A stretch of DNA of 64,000 nt from Macrostomum lignano (lineage: Eukaryota). The DNA lies in contig NIVC01000094.1 of assembly GCA_002269645.1 (NCBI GenBank), forward strand, positions 682,001 to 746,000. Reading direction: 5' to 3'. The notes under the pieces were generated by a model. The model did not search any database and had not been told where the DNA came from. It saw nothing but the letters and a program-made list of their open reading frames with translations. This document shows positions 33,107-46,744 of the stretch, in pieces; the stretch's first letter is position 1, and the number at the start of each line of letters is the position of its first letter. The position numbers and the translations under genes were made by a program.

Positions 33107-34283
33107 TAGTGATGGATCGAAATTTGATTTTGATTTTGATATTCAGAATTTCAAACCTTATTTTGCATTGAAATAATTTCGATTTTGATTTCAAATTTCA
33201 ACACAATTCATCGAAAGTCATTTCAAAATTTTGTTATATCAAGCAAGGCAGTTCATGTTAAGCTACATGCCATTGCTAAAGATTTGTAATAAAATACAAT
33301 TAAATATTGTATTCTGCATGTTCTTTGTTTCAGGTAAATTTTGATTTCCATCCCTCACTTTGTTATACTGTCATTGCATACGATGCGTGTAATAATTTTC
33401 TCAATATTGATCACACACAGTAGGACTAGAGTGGATTGAAATTTGGAAAGCTAATTATGTATATGCATGCCAAGATTGCATTGCTCACAACAGATTCTAA
33501 GGCTGCTGTTAATTCTTCTCAGTCAAAATTTGTGGACATTGCAATGTGATATTCGCTTTGAAGATTTTCAAGGATATTTGCTCATTTGTATATGAGCTTT
33601 ATAAAATGTGCTAAGTCTACAATGAACTGATTCTTATGCCAACTCCCTGCCTTGAAATATGTAAATATGAAGTCACCAATATGCTAGATTTTAAGGAAAT
33701 GTGCTAACTTTTAGGCAATGTGCTATAGTTAAGCTACCTCTGCAATGGGTTCATAGACGTTTATAGCTAGGGTACAGTTGTGTAAATTGGGCATTTACAT
33801 CTATAAATTCAAAGTAAAACAAAGTGCAATTCAAAGACTTAGTAGGGAGGTGAGAATCACCTTTCTCCAAGAAAATATTGTGGGCACGCTCATTGTTTCA
33901 GGGCTTGTGTGCTACATTCACCTCACCTCAACCTCTATTGGAAGCCCATTGGCTGGACTCATCTACATAGATTTTAATTGGCTAAAGACTTTTGAGACCT
34001 TAATTTAAAACTATTATGCATTACAATATTGCTAGCCGCCTTTTCCATTTCATAACTTTCCTGTCCTATAATTAACAAATTATGTATTTTAGTTAAAATG
34101 CAAAATATGGTGTATATAATACGTAAGATTGCATATTCAATGTGTTAAATTTTTTTCATTGTTAGCTAAACTCATCAAAATTTGTTTAACTCAAACATTT
34201 TGATTTTGGTTTTGATTTTGATTTCAAAGTACTGAAAATTTTTATTTTTATTTTGATATAAAAAATATTTCAATCTATCACTA
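33107..34283. mobile_element. hAT-type non-autonomous DNA transposon, about 1.18 kb
   Basis: TIR TAGTGATGGATCGAAAT versus right-end reverse complement TAGTGATAGATTGAAAT (15/17); 8-bp flanks GAACTAGT / GAACTAGC; subterminal TTTGAT(T) repeats near both ends. Confidence 0.8.
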
Positions 34284-34781
34284 GAACTAGCATGAAATTT
34301 AAAACAATATTTATTCTATTTTTAAAATATTTTTAAATGAAAGCTATTTTTATTACAAATGGAAAACTTATATTTAACTTAAGGAAATACTAAAACTTTT
34401 AATTAACAATATTTTTTTAAAATAGATTAAATTGGTGATTACTTTAGAAATATGATAGTTTAATCTTATAGTGAGATATGCTTTGGGATTGCAAAAATTA
34501 ACATTTTTATGCCAAGTTGAATTTATACAAAAAATGGTAAATCCTTTTTTTGTTTTACTACATCAAATAAATCAAGGAAATGTGTCTTGATATAAATTAC
34601 ATAGGTGGAATGATTATATACCATAGTCAGGAAGGTGGCCTCTGAGGGAGAAAATTCCCACATATACAAAGGGTCTCGGCGCACATTGAAGACAATTTGG
34701 AGAAACTTACTAAGAGAATAGATTGGGGAACTATACAAAGGGAATTTAGAAAGAAGTGCTATGACCTCTTTTAGCACTGTA

Positions 34782-34878
34782 ATGGAGCTCAACTGTGAAC
34801 ACTTGTGTACCATGATTTACTATAATTTTAAGAGTGGCTTGACATTTCACCAATGCCATAAGCAGCTGTCTGCAGTGT
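34782..34878 (+). pseudogene. Mariner transposase N-terminal (HTH) remnant
   Basis: Translates MELNCEHLCTMIYYNFKSGLTFHQCHKQLSAV, resembling the mariner start MELNREHFRAMIYYxFxxGL; similarity is lost after about 32 codons. Confidence 0.65.
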
Positions 34879-36807
34879 CTGTCACCTTTCCTAACCTAAA
34901 AACTTATCTAGTGCCCCTGCCCTTGTATAACACTTTTATTACATTTACAAAATCTTTTTTTGAAATTGGCAACTGGTATATAGGGAAAATAACGTTGCCA
35001 GATTGGCCTTTGATGCCAAAAATCCAGTTGCCAATGAGATTTTCAAGGGGCCAAAAAACCCTGTATAGCCCAAAAAACCTAGATAGTAGGCCCTAACTAA
35101 CTAAATATTAAGCCATTTTACTTATAACTCATGACAATAGAAAGCTATACTCGGTTTGACAAAAAACAACAAGAATTGGACTTGGAATTTGAAAGAACAA
35201 GCAAGGAAAATAATTAGATTATTTTATCAACTTTAGCTCAAAAGTAGATTTTTTAATTATGTTTGCTTGTTTTTTCAAGGGGGCTAGGCTATTTATGCAA
35301 TATGGATATTATAAAATATCCTGACTGTCTAAATTGCATCTTATAATTGGACCTTAGATGCGATATCGCATCTTCGCGCCCACGAAAAAACCCATTCTCT
35401 ACCATCCCATAATGGCATAAATTTCAAAAACGTCTAACTATGCGTCTAGCAGAGTAGAATTTGTAATTGTTCGATTTTTTTTGTGTTGCAGTTGCTTGGT
35501 ATTGCTTGCACCCCCTAAAACTTTTTCTGTCTGCCGTCTTAATTCCATGGATTCCTAAACTCAATTTATTACTTATTAGTCCTTATGACATTTTGTCATT
35601 ATTCAATTCCAATACTTTATCTTTTTCGTTCGGTACGCGTTTCAACGAATGAGTAATTTATCAAAATTGAATGACTGCCAAACGTTAAACAAACTTTTTG
35701 TAATTTAAACTCTTGAGCAGAGAGAACTTAATGTATATTGTTTTTTTAAGTAAAAAAAATAGAGCAATAAAGCAAAAAAGAAATATTTTTTCCTGGCGCT
35801 ATGATGATTAACGAAAGCTAATAAAATTTACTGCCCTTGTTTTTACATTTTATATATATTATTTAAAGACAGACACTAAGTTTATTGCTAAGCGATCTGT
35901 TCTTACATTTTTTTGTATAAAATTACAGTCCCTTGCTACATGCACGTATACTGTAAATCTCTGTTCAGCAGGAGCAAAAATTTTTTACTAACTACTTTTA
36001 CTAAAGGTATAGTAGCAGTGAAAGCACGCAATTAAGATCCCCCACTAAAATAGTAAAGCAACGCCACGATAGATCCAACCCTAGCACGATCACGTGTTTT
36101 TGGCTGTCTCTGGAAAAAGAAATTATATAGAATCTCATTTCTCCACGTACCATTATATAGCATTCCATGATCTGAGCTCTGTATGGTGTGTGAAAATCGA
36201 GCATGACACCTCTTTCAGTCTCCAGCTGGCATAGCCTGCAGCATCGTCATCTTCATTAACGCTCTTCATCCCCAACGGGATCAATGGAGTCGGCGGTGAA
36301 TGCCTTCAAGGCGCATTCGTGCATTGGGGATCGGACTGCTGGCTTTTTCGCGCTAAGAACAGCCTCAGGCAGCTGAGAATGTGTTTATCTCGTCGATGGG
36401 GATGGTACGTGCCCTTGAAATTTGCAGCATTGGCTCTGCAGCCCGCATTCGAAATTCTTTCCAAAAATGGCCAACTCGCTCTCGAGAGGATGAAATTGCT
36501 CGAAAATAGCCAGTCACAATTATGCGACCCGCATCAGCTAAACGGAGGATGAAATTTCCTGCTCCTTGATTGCATATGCGTTCCCCAGTAGGCTTCAATT
36601 CCTGATGAAGAAATTTGTTTACGAATAGCACGTTAAACAGCTTTTTTCTTAGTAAATGAGTATAAGGACTCTAACTTGCAAGTTACTGGTACATTGAATT
36701 AAATGGGCCCTAGAACATCAATAAACAGCCCTCTTTTATAATCATCATCAATAAGTTTTATTACCCAACCAATACATACCTTTCTTTCATTGTCGATAGA
36801 CATGTAG

Positions 36808-37955
36808 GCTGGATTAGTAATCCATTCTATTCCTTCATCCATGATGTTGGCTAGATTAGCAATCCATTCTATTCCTTCATGCGTGATGTTGAATAGATTA
36901 GCAATCCATTCTATTCCTTCATCCGTGATGTTGAATAGATTAGCAATCCATTCTATTCCTTTATGCGTGATGTTGAATAGATTAGCAATCCATTCTATTC
37001 CTTCATCCGTGATGTTGAATAGATTAGCAATCCATTCTATTCCTTCATCCATGATGTTGGCTAGATTAGCAATCCATTCTATTCCTTCATCCATGATGAT
37101 GGCTAGATTAGCAATCCATTCTATTCCTTCATCCATGATGTTGAATAGATTAGCAATCCATTCTATTCCTTTATCCGTGATGTTGGCTAGATTAGCAATC
37201 CATTCTATTCCTTCATCCGTGATGTTAAATAGATTAGCAATCCATTCTATTCCTTTATGCGTGATGTTGAATAGATTAGCAATCCATTCTATTCCTTCAT
37301 CCGTGATGTTGAATAGATTAGCAATCCATTCTATTCCTTCATCCATGATGTTGGCTAGATTAGCAATCCATTCTATTCCTTCATCCATGATGTTGGCTGG
37401 ATTAGCAATCCATTCTATTCCTTCATCCATGATGTTGAATAGATTAGCAATCCATTCTATTCCTTTATCCGTGATGTTGGCTAGATTAGCAATCCATTCT
37501 ATTCCTTTATCCGTGATGTTGGCTAGATTAGCAATCCATTCTATTCCTTCATCCATGATGTTGGCTGGATTAGCAATCCATTCTATTCCTTCATCCGTGA
37601 TGTTGAATAGATTAGCAATCCATTCTATTCCTTCATCCATGATGTTGGCTAGATTAGCAATCCATTCTATTCCTTCATCCATGATGTTGGCTAGATTAGC
37701 AATCCATTCTATTCCTTCATCCATGATGTTGAATAGATTAGCAATCCATTCTATTCCTTTATCCGTGATGTTGGCTAGATTAGCAATCCATTCTATTCCT
37801 TTATCCGTGATGTTGGCTAGATTAGCAATCCATTCTATTCCTTCATCCATGATGTTGGCTGGATTAGCAATCCATTCTATTCCTTCATCCATGATGTTGG
37901 CTAGATTAGCAATCCATTCTATTCCTTCATCCATGATGTTGGCTAGATTAGCAAG
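36808..37955. repeat. 42-bp minisatellite GATTAGCAATCCATTCTATTCCTTCATCCATGATGTTGGCTA (about 27 copies)
   Basis: Direct reading; same family as 43.9-46.2 kb in the opposite orientation. Confidence 0.95.
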
Positions 37956-38679
37956 CCATTGCAAGAAGTGCGCCATCCCCTCCACTCAGTCGCATATAAT
38001 TTATGCCCAATGCACGGGAATAAAAAATCATGCACAAGTTGGAATTATAAAAACCCCAGGTGTGAATAATTGAGCAGTGCAGCCACTCTCTGGCACTCGC
38101 GCAGCTTGACTTATAGCAAGGCCGTGGCATAGGGCTGCATGGCAACTAATGTATTCACACTTCAGTCGCTGAGCTGGATTATTCCCTTCGCTCATCCTCC
38201 TCAGAATCTCGGCTCAGAAGCCAAACACGCGAGACGGGAACTTCTTTTCTGCTGTTCCCGAAAAAAACTTCTCCATCATGAAACCAGAGACAACGCAAAA
38301 AGTTCCCACGCCGCTAAGGCCCAGGCTGCCTGGGCTGCGGATCCCCTCAGAACCAAAGCGGATTGCCCGAGGCCTGCAGAAATAAAAGTAGAATTGAAAA
38401 AAAAACTCAATAGGAAATTTTGCACTATTATTGAATTTTTCTTGTTTGAACCTCTTTTTGAAGAGTCTTTGACCATCGCCTTTAATTAAGAACCCGGCTC
38501 GGTGCGCACCCCCCCCCTGCAGGCTCGCTTTTGTCTGATCAAAAGAATCTTTTCTTTTCTGATAAAAACATTGCGGGTTCTGCTTTGTTGCCGTCGTCCA
38601 ACACTGATGAACTATTGAGAATTTTGCTTTGAATTATGTTCTGAATGCCCAATATAATTCCTGATTAATTTTAGGATCC

Positions 38680-39005
38680 TTCCCGCCCCACCTGTCACCG
38701 AAAGCAGACCCTTCCCGCCCCATCTGTTACCGGAAGCAGATCCTTCCCGCCCCACTTGTCACCGGAAGCAGATCCTTCCCGCCCCACCTGTCACCGGAAG
38801 CAGATCCTTCCCGCCCCACTTGTCACCGGAAGCAGATCCTTCCCGCCCCACTTGTCACCGGAAGCAGATCCTTCCCGCCCCACCTGTCACCGGAAGCAGA
38901 TCCTTCCCGCCCCACTTGTCACCGGAAGCAGATCCTTCCCGCCCCACTTGTCACCGGAAGCAGATCCTTCCCGCCCCACTTGTCACCGGAAGCAGATCCT
39001 TCCCT
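38680..39005. repeat. 32-bp minisatellite TGTCACCGGAAGCAGATCCTTCCCGCCCCACT
   Basis: Direct reading. Confidence 0.95.
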
Positions 39006-40089
39006 CCCACTCTCATGCCACTAAAATCCCTAAGCCATTAGCTTCAAAATCCTTGCAATTGGAAACCGGCCTCATGACGGGGGTAGCGGAGGACACAGGG
39101 GGGGGGGGGCAACAAGGGGGGCCGAAAGCGACTCAACACTCCCTAAAATACCTCGGGCCAAGCAGAGGTAATGAGGCACAAAAAGGTAAGAACGAAGCCA
39201 AAACAAGATAGAGTAGAAGCAGCCTCTCCTCCCCTTCTCAGGTGGGGAAATACGAGAAGCGAAAGACGCGCAAGGGACAGCAGAGAGAGACGGGGGGAGA
39301 TCGAGGCAGCTCAACCCCTTCGATTACGCAATCGGAAAACCGAGCGAGGAACCAACTGTAGTAATCTGGGCTGCTTTTAGGGCCGTACCTGACCGTTCGA
39401 GCCGCTGAGCAGAGCATTTTGCCTGAGAAGATTTCGGCCACTTACGGGGCGAGGCCGATGGGGCTGGAGGGAAATTTGATGCTTGAATTGCAACATTCTC
39501 TTTCGCTTTGGAATGCTCGCATGAGCAGCTGCAGGACAACTGGCAGTCCCTATGCTCAACTCATCAAGGGGATTAAATGCTTTCTAAGCCACTCAAAATG
39601 TTTCAATTTTTTGTGATTGATTCTCAGAACAAATTGTTATCTTTTCAACTGACAAAAAGAGTTGAATGCAAAAAATGCATTTAGCGAACTCAAACTTGCC
39701 TGTTGCTGAGCAGATTTTATTAGCTTGCGTGGTCACGTGAACGCCACAATTTGCTGAGAAATGATCTCAGCTGCACAGCTCAACACAGATCTGAGTCGCT
39801 TGATAACGAAGAGTTTAGTTAAACTCTGCCAGCCTGCGGCAGTTGCGTGACTTCCGAAAGCTTTGCATGCCCGCGGAAATTTGGCCAATTACCTGGTGAC
39901 TGGAGGAAATTTGGCCGATGCAGCTCGCAACACGCTTTGATTGGCATCGGCCATTGTTCTGAGAGTTGCCGACCGCTTATTGTTGTACAGCTTCTCACTT
40001 GAGCGCCAACGTGAATATTTGGTCTGTCATTGAAACTTTTTATGCTCACGAATGATAAAGCTAATGGCCAGTTGTTTCTAATCTTGTGC

Positions 40090-41190
40090 TGTAGCTAATG
40101 CCTTATCTGAATGGCTAATGCTGTAATTAATGCTGTAGCTAATGCCGTATCTGAATGGCTAATACTGTAACTAATGCTGTAGCTAATGCCGTATCTGAAT
40201 GGCTAATACTGTAACTAATGCTGTAGCTAATGCCGTATCTGAATGGCTAATACTGTAACTAATGCTGTAGCTAATGCCGTATCTGAATGGCTAATACTGT
40301 AACTAATGCTGTAGCTAATGCCGTATCTGAATGACTAATACTGTAACTAATGCTGTAGCTAATGCCTTATCTGAATGGCTAATGCTGTAACTAATACTGT
40401 AGCTAATGCCTTATCTGAATGGCTAATACTGTAACTAATGCCGTATCTGAACGGCTAATACTGTAACTAATGCTGTAGCTAATGCCGTATCTGAATGGCT
40501 AATGCTGTAACTAATGCTGTAGCTACTGCCATGTCTGAATGGCTAATACTGTAACTAATTCTGTAGCTAATGCCGTATCTGAATGGCTAATACTGTAACT
40601 AATTCTGTAGCTAATGCCGTATCTGAATGGCTAATACTGTAACTAATGCTGTAGCTAATGCCGTATCTGAACGGCTAATACTGTAACTAATGCTGTAGCT
40701 AATGCCGTATCTGAATGGCTAATGCTGTAACTAATGTGGTAGCTAATGCCGTATCTGAATGGCTAATACTGTAACTAATGCTGTAGCTAATGCCGTATCT
40801 GAATGGCTAATACTGTAACTAATGCTGTAGCTAATGCCGTATCTGAATGGCTAATACTGTAGCTAATGCTGTAGCTAATGCCGTATCTGAATGGCTAATA
40901 CTGTAACTAATGCTGTAGCTAATGCCGTATCTGAATGGCTAATACTGTAGCTAATGCTGTAGCTAATGCCGTATCTGAATGGCTAATACTGTAACTAATG
41001 CTGTAGCTAATGCCGTATCTGAATGGCTAATACTGTAACTAATGCTGTAGCTAATACCGTATCTGAATGGCTAATACTGTAACTAATGCTGTAGCTAATG
41101 CCGTATCTGAATGGCTAATACTGTAACTAATGCTGTAGCTAATGCTGTAACTGATGTATACTGTAACTAATGTGGTAGCCAATGCCGTGT
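40090..41190. repeat. 44-bp minisatellite built from CTAAT(A/G)C(T/C)GTA sub-repeats
   Basis: Unit AATGCCGTATCTGAATGGCTAATACTGTAACTAATGCTGTAGCT. Confidence 0.95.
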
Positions 41191-41604
41191 CTAACGTCAT
41201 AGTTGTTGCCATAACTAATACAATGATGCCATGCCTAACGCCATCAATATTAGTGTAGCTAAATATTTAAAATTTTGCGGAGAGGCACATTTCTATAAAA
41301 CACCAGTTGAACATCTTGCTTTGAGTGTTGGAAATTCCACAATTTTACAGATGCGCAATATTTTTGTTTAACTGCTTTAAAAAAAGTTGCCCCCCAGAGG
41401 TGACGGCGTGGGGAGTTTTACTATGCTAAATTTTATTGCCACCATCACGGCCTGGAAGAGCGGGAGGCCATCGGCGATGATGAAGCTAGCATCATCCAGC
41501 TTCCCATCAGAGGAATTGCCAATACAGAAAGTCTCACGGATTCACCTCACTGACCGGACATCAGAGGGTCAGGTTTGCCCCCTGCTTTGCACTCCAGCGG
41601 GTGT

Positions 41605-42672
41605 TTATCCTGCGATCCTGTCTGCTCCTGTAATCCTGTCTGCTCCTGTGATCCTGTCTGCTCCTGTGATCCTGTCTGCTCCTGCGATCCTGTCTGCTCC
41701 TGTGATCCTGTCTGCTCCTGTGATCCTGTCTGCTCCTGTGATCCTGTCTGCTCCTGTGATCCTGTCTGCTCTTGTGATCCTGTCTGCTCCTGTGATCCTG
41801 TCTGCTCCTGTGATCCTGTCTGCTCCTGTGATCCTGTCTGCTCCTGCGATCCTGTCTGCTCCTGCGATCCTGTCTGCTCCTGTGATCCTGTCTGCTCCTG
41901 TGATCCTGTCTGCTCCTGCGATCCTGTCTGCTCCTGTGATCCTGTCTGCTCCTGTGATCCTGTCTGCTCTTGTGATCCTGTCTGCTCCTGTGATCCTGTC
42001 TGCTCCTGTGATCCTGTCTGCTCCTGTGATCCTGTCTGCTCCTGTGATCCTGTCTGCTCCTGTGATCCTGTCTGCTCATGTGATCCTGTCTGCTCCTGTG
42101 ATCCTGTCTGCTCCTGCGATCCTGTCTGCTCCTGCGATCCTGTCTGCTCCTGTGATCCTGTCTGCTCCTGTGATCCTGTCTGCTCCTGCGATCCTGTCTG
42201 CTCCTGTGATCCTGTCTGCTCCTGTGATCCTGTCTGCTCCTGTGATCCTGTCTGCTCCTGTGATCCTGTCTGCTCCTGTGATCCTGTCTGCTCCTGTGAT
42301 CCTGTCTGCTCCTGTGATCCTGTCTGCTCCTGTGATCCTGTCTGCTCCTGTGATCCTGTCTGCTCCTGTGATCCTGTCTGCTCCTGTGATCCTGTCTGCT
42401 CCTGTGATCCTGTCTGCTCCTGTGATCCTGTCTGCTCCTGTGATCCTGTCTGCTCCTGTGATCCTGTCTGCTCCTGTGATCCTGTCTGCTCCTGTGATCC
42501 TGTCTGCTCCTGTGATCCTGTCTGCTCCTGTGATCCTGTCTGCTCCTGTGATCCTGTCTGCTCCTGTGATCCTGTCTGCTCCTGTGATCCTGTCTGCTCC
42601 TGTGATCCTGTCTGCTCCTGTGATCCTGTCTGCTCCTGTGATCCTGTCTGCTCCTGTGATCCTGTCTGCTCT
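41605..42672. repeat. 18-bp minisatellite TCCTGTGATCCTGTCTGC (about 58 copies)
   Basis: Direct reading. Confidence 0.95.
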
Positions 42673-42754
42673 TCCACTGATTACCGCTTCTTGTCTTTTC
42701 ACTCTTTTGACGGTCCTTTGTTGCGTGTTTGTTCTTTTTGTATGTGTGCTTTGG

Positions 42755-43155
42755 TCTGTGCCTGTACATTTGTGTCTCCCGTCTCTCTGTTTGTGTCTGT
42801 GCCTGTACGTTTGTGTCTCCCTGTCTCTCTGTTTGTGTCTGTGCCTGTACCTTTGTGTCTCCCTGTCTCGCTGTTTGTGTCTGTGCCTGTACGTTTGTGT
42901 CTCCCTGTCTCTCTGTTTGTGTCTGTGCCTGTACGTTTGTGTCTCCCTGTCTCTCTGTTTGTGTCTGTGCCTGTACCTTTGTGTCTCCCTGTCTCGCTGT
43001 TTGTGTCTGTGCCTGTACGTTTGTGTCTCCCTGTCTCGCTGTTTGTGTCTGTGCCTGTACGTTTGTGTCTCCCTGTCTCTCTGTTTGTGTCTGTGCCTGT
43101 ACCTTTGTGTCTCCCTGTCTCGCTGTTTGTGTCTGTGCCTGTACGTTTGTCTCTC
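42755..43155. repeat. 42-bp GT/CT-rich minisatellite GTGCCTGTAC(G/C)TTTGTGTCTCCCTGTCTC(T/G)CTGTTTGTGTCT
   Basis: Direct reading. Confidence 0.9.
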
Positions 43156-43911
43156 AGTCTGAGTTTTTGTCTCTATGTTTTCATGTTTGTGTTCTGTGTC
43201 TTCGTATCTGCATCTCTCTGTCTTCGTGCTTGTCTGTGCGTCTTTGTGTCTAATTCCACAATGTCTTTCTTGTGAGTCACTCGGCCTGGGTAGCGATGAA
43301 GCACTAAGAGGCCCAGATTCCCCACCGAATAACTCCCCCTATCACAATTTTGGTTAAAATATTCATAGCTGCATCTGATGCTGTCTCTCTAACCATGGCT
43401 AAAAAATAAGAAATGCCTGAGTGAGTTTGAGCACCTCCGCCTGACACCGCCGCTCAGCGCCACCTCCCCGGCTGTGGGGGTGGCGGGTGAAAAAAAGGCC
43501 GCCAACCCGCAGCACCCGCTGGCCGCTTGCCCGCCTGCCCACAGTTGCCGCAATTCAGTGCCGGCGACTACCTAATTAATATTTAATTAGCTGCCGCCAC
43601 CAAGCGGCGCAAAAGTTTTCTACAGCTTTTGTGGATGGGAAATTAGTTGGGGGACGCTGGGAAGCTTCATCATTTCTGGGAGATTATTAATGCAGGGCTG
43701 GCCCGGCAATGCAGCTCCGTAGCGTGTGAAACGCGGTTTTTCCAGGCAAGTGTTTTTATTATCTCTCAATTGGCCTATCAACTATTATTAATGGCCAGGT
43801 GCCGCTATTGTATACCCTAATTAGTGAGGCTGGATGCAATAAAATTTTAACACCACTGCAGCCAGGTCGGTTTGCGACTAATAGCGGGAATTTTCATGCT
43901 TTTCAATAATG

Positions 43912-46200
43912 GAATGGATTGCTAATCCAGCCAATATCACGAAGGAAGGAACAGGATGGATTGATAATCTAGCCAACATCACGGATGAAGGAATAGAATG
44001 GATTGCTAATCTAGCCAACATCACGGATGAAGGAATAGAATGGATTGCTAATCTAGCCATCATCACGGATGAAGGAATAGAATGGATTGCTAATCTAGCC
44101 AACATCACGGATGAAGGAATAGAATGGATTGTTAATCTATTCAACATCACGGATGAAGGAATAGAATGGATTGCTAATCTATTCAACATTACGGATGAAG
44201 GAATAGAATGGATTGCTAATCTATTCAACATCACGGATGAAGGAATAGAATGGATTGTTAATCTATTCAACATTACGGATGAAGGAATAGAATGGATTGC
44301 TAATCTATTCAACATTACGGATGAAGGAATAGAATGGATTGCTAATCTATTCAACATCACGGATGAAGGAATAGAATGGATTGCTAATCTATTCAACATT
44401 ACGGATGAAGGAATAGAATGGATTGTTAATCTATTCAACATTACGGATGAAGGAATAGAATGGATTGTTAATCTATTCAACATTACGGATGAAGGAATAG
44501 AATGGATTGCTAATCTATTCAACATTACGGATGAAGGAACAGAATGGATTGCTAATCCAGCCATCATCACGGATGAAGGAATAGAATGGATTGCTAATCT
44601 AGCCATCATCACGGATGAAGGAACAGGATGGATTGCTAATCTAGCCAACATCACGGATGAAGGAATACAATGGATTGCTAATCTATCCAACATCACGGAT
44701 GAAGGAATAGAATGGATTGCTAATCTATTCAACATCACGGATGAAGGAATAGAATGGATTGCTAATCTATTCAACATCACGGATGAAGGAATAGAATGGA
44801 TTGCTAATCTAGCCATCATCACGGATGAAGGAACGGGATGGATTGCTAATCTAGCCAACATCACGGATGAAGGAATACAATGGATTGCTAATCTATCCAA
44901 CATCACGGATGAAGGAATAGAATGGATTGCTAATCTATTCAACATCACGGATGAAGGAATAGAATGGATTGCTAATCTATTCAACATCACGGATGAAGGA
45001 ATAGAATGGATTGCTAATCTAGCCAACATTACGGATGAAGGAATAGAATGGATTGTTAATCTATTCAACATTACGGATGAAGGAATAGAATGGATTGTTA
45101 ATCTATTCAACATTACGGATGAAGGAATAGAATGGATTGCTAATCTATTCAACATTACGGATGAAGGAATAGAATGGATTGCTAATCTATTCAACATCAC
45201 GGATGAAGGAATAGAATGGATTGTTAATCTATTCAACATTACGGATGAAGGAATAGAATGGATTGCTAATCTATTCAACATTACGGATGAAGGAACAGAA
45301 TGGATTGCTAATCTAGCCATCATCACGGATGAAGGAATAGAATGGATTGCTAATCTAGCCATCATCACGGATGAAGGAACAGGATGGATTGCTAATCTAG
45401 CCAACATCACGGATGAAGGAATACAATGGATTGCTAATCTATCCAACATCACGGATGAAGGAATAGAATGGATTGCTAATCTATTCAACATCACGGATGA
45501 AGGAATAGAATGGATTGCTAATCTATTCAACATCACGGATGAAGGAATAGAATGGATTGCTAATCTAGCCAACATTACGGATGAAGGAATAGAATGGATT
45601 GTTAATCTATTCAACATTACGGATGAAGGAATAGAATGGATTGTTAATCTATTCAACATTACGGATGAAGGAATAGAATGGATTGCTAATCTATTCAACA
45701 TTACGGATGAAGGAACAGAATGGATTGCTAATCTAGCCATCATCACGGATGAAGGAATAGAATGGATTGCTAATCTAGCCATCATCACGGATGAAGGAAC
45801 AGGATGGATTGCTAATCTAGCCATCATCACGGATGAAGGAATACAATGGATTGCTAATCTATCCAACATCACGGATGAAGGAATAGAATGGATCGCTAAT
45901 CTATTCAACATCACGGATGAAGGAATAGAATGGATTGCTAATCTATTCAACATCACGGATGAAGGAATAGAATGGATTGCTGATCTATTCAACATTACGG
46001 ATGAAGGAACAGAATGGATTGCTAATCTAGCCATCATCACGGATGAAGGAATACAATGGATTGCTAATCTATCCAACATCACGGATGAAGGAATAGAATG
46101 GATCGCTAATCTATTCAACATCACGGATGAAGGAATAGAATGGATTGCTAATCTATTCAACATCACGGATGAAGGAATAGAATGGATTGCTAATCTATCC
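43912..46200. repeat. 42-bp minisatellite (about 54 copies), inverted relative of 36.8-37.95 kb, with higher-order 210/420-bp periodicity
   Basis: Unit GAATGGATTGCTAATCTATTCAACATCACGGATGAAGGAATA; the ACAGGA/ATACAA variants recur at 5- and 10-unit spacing. Confidence 0.95.
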
Positions 46201-46744
46201 ATCAATAATTTAGTTGAAGTCCATACGATAGCTAAATGAATAAATCGAATAAAATGATTATCTAGAATAAAAGAACCAGCTGTAAATGTGCCTCTAATCC
46301 ATGCAACAATCAGGGAAAAGTCTGATCAGCTGTAAACAATGCAGGGTGCTCCATTTCCGGCCCAAGCAAAGTTGCTGCTGCTGCTGTTGTCTTCACTTCA
46401 CTTCAATCGACAGAAAATTTGAGCAGACAGCTCCCTGCCGTGTCCTTTTCTTGAGCAGGAATTTTAAGCAGGACTCTCCGCTTATTGCTCCCGCTAAGAC
46501 TTCTCTAGAGAGATGAAGACAGTTAAGAAGGCTAACGTGATAGCTGAGTCTGAGACTTTGCATTGCCAGGAGCTTCAGCAAGTCAGGACTCGGGCCTTCG
46601 CCGCTGAGCAGCACTTTGGCTGGCAATCGAACTCGACAGCCTGGGGGAGTGAGCGGGAGGTGGGGGTTCGGCAAAAGTTCCCGATTTTGATTACAGTCAT
46701 TTGAGCCATTGACTGACATGATTAACGAATAGTGGTAGATCTTC

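Noticed and set aside
36230-36635. GC-richer island with short ORFs on both strands (including an SRART stretch vaguely like a WDR5-binding motif)
   Set aside because: No recognisable domain and no consistent splice pair linking it to a gene.
41387-43275. Long ORFs such as (CSCDPV)n (metallothionein-like), (VILSAP)n, (QEQTGS)n and (SRQDHR)n
   Set aside because: An 18-bp unit is open in nearly all frames on both strands, with no splice or start support; a simple-repeat artefact.
46393-46660. Possible minus-strand exon (GCRVRLPAKVLLSGEG...) after a CCCCCAG acceptor
   Set aside because: No homology recognised and no partner exons; cannot be supported without transcripts.
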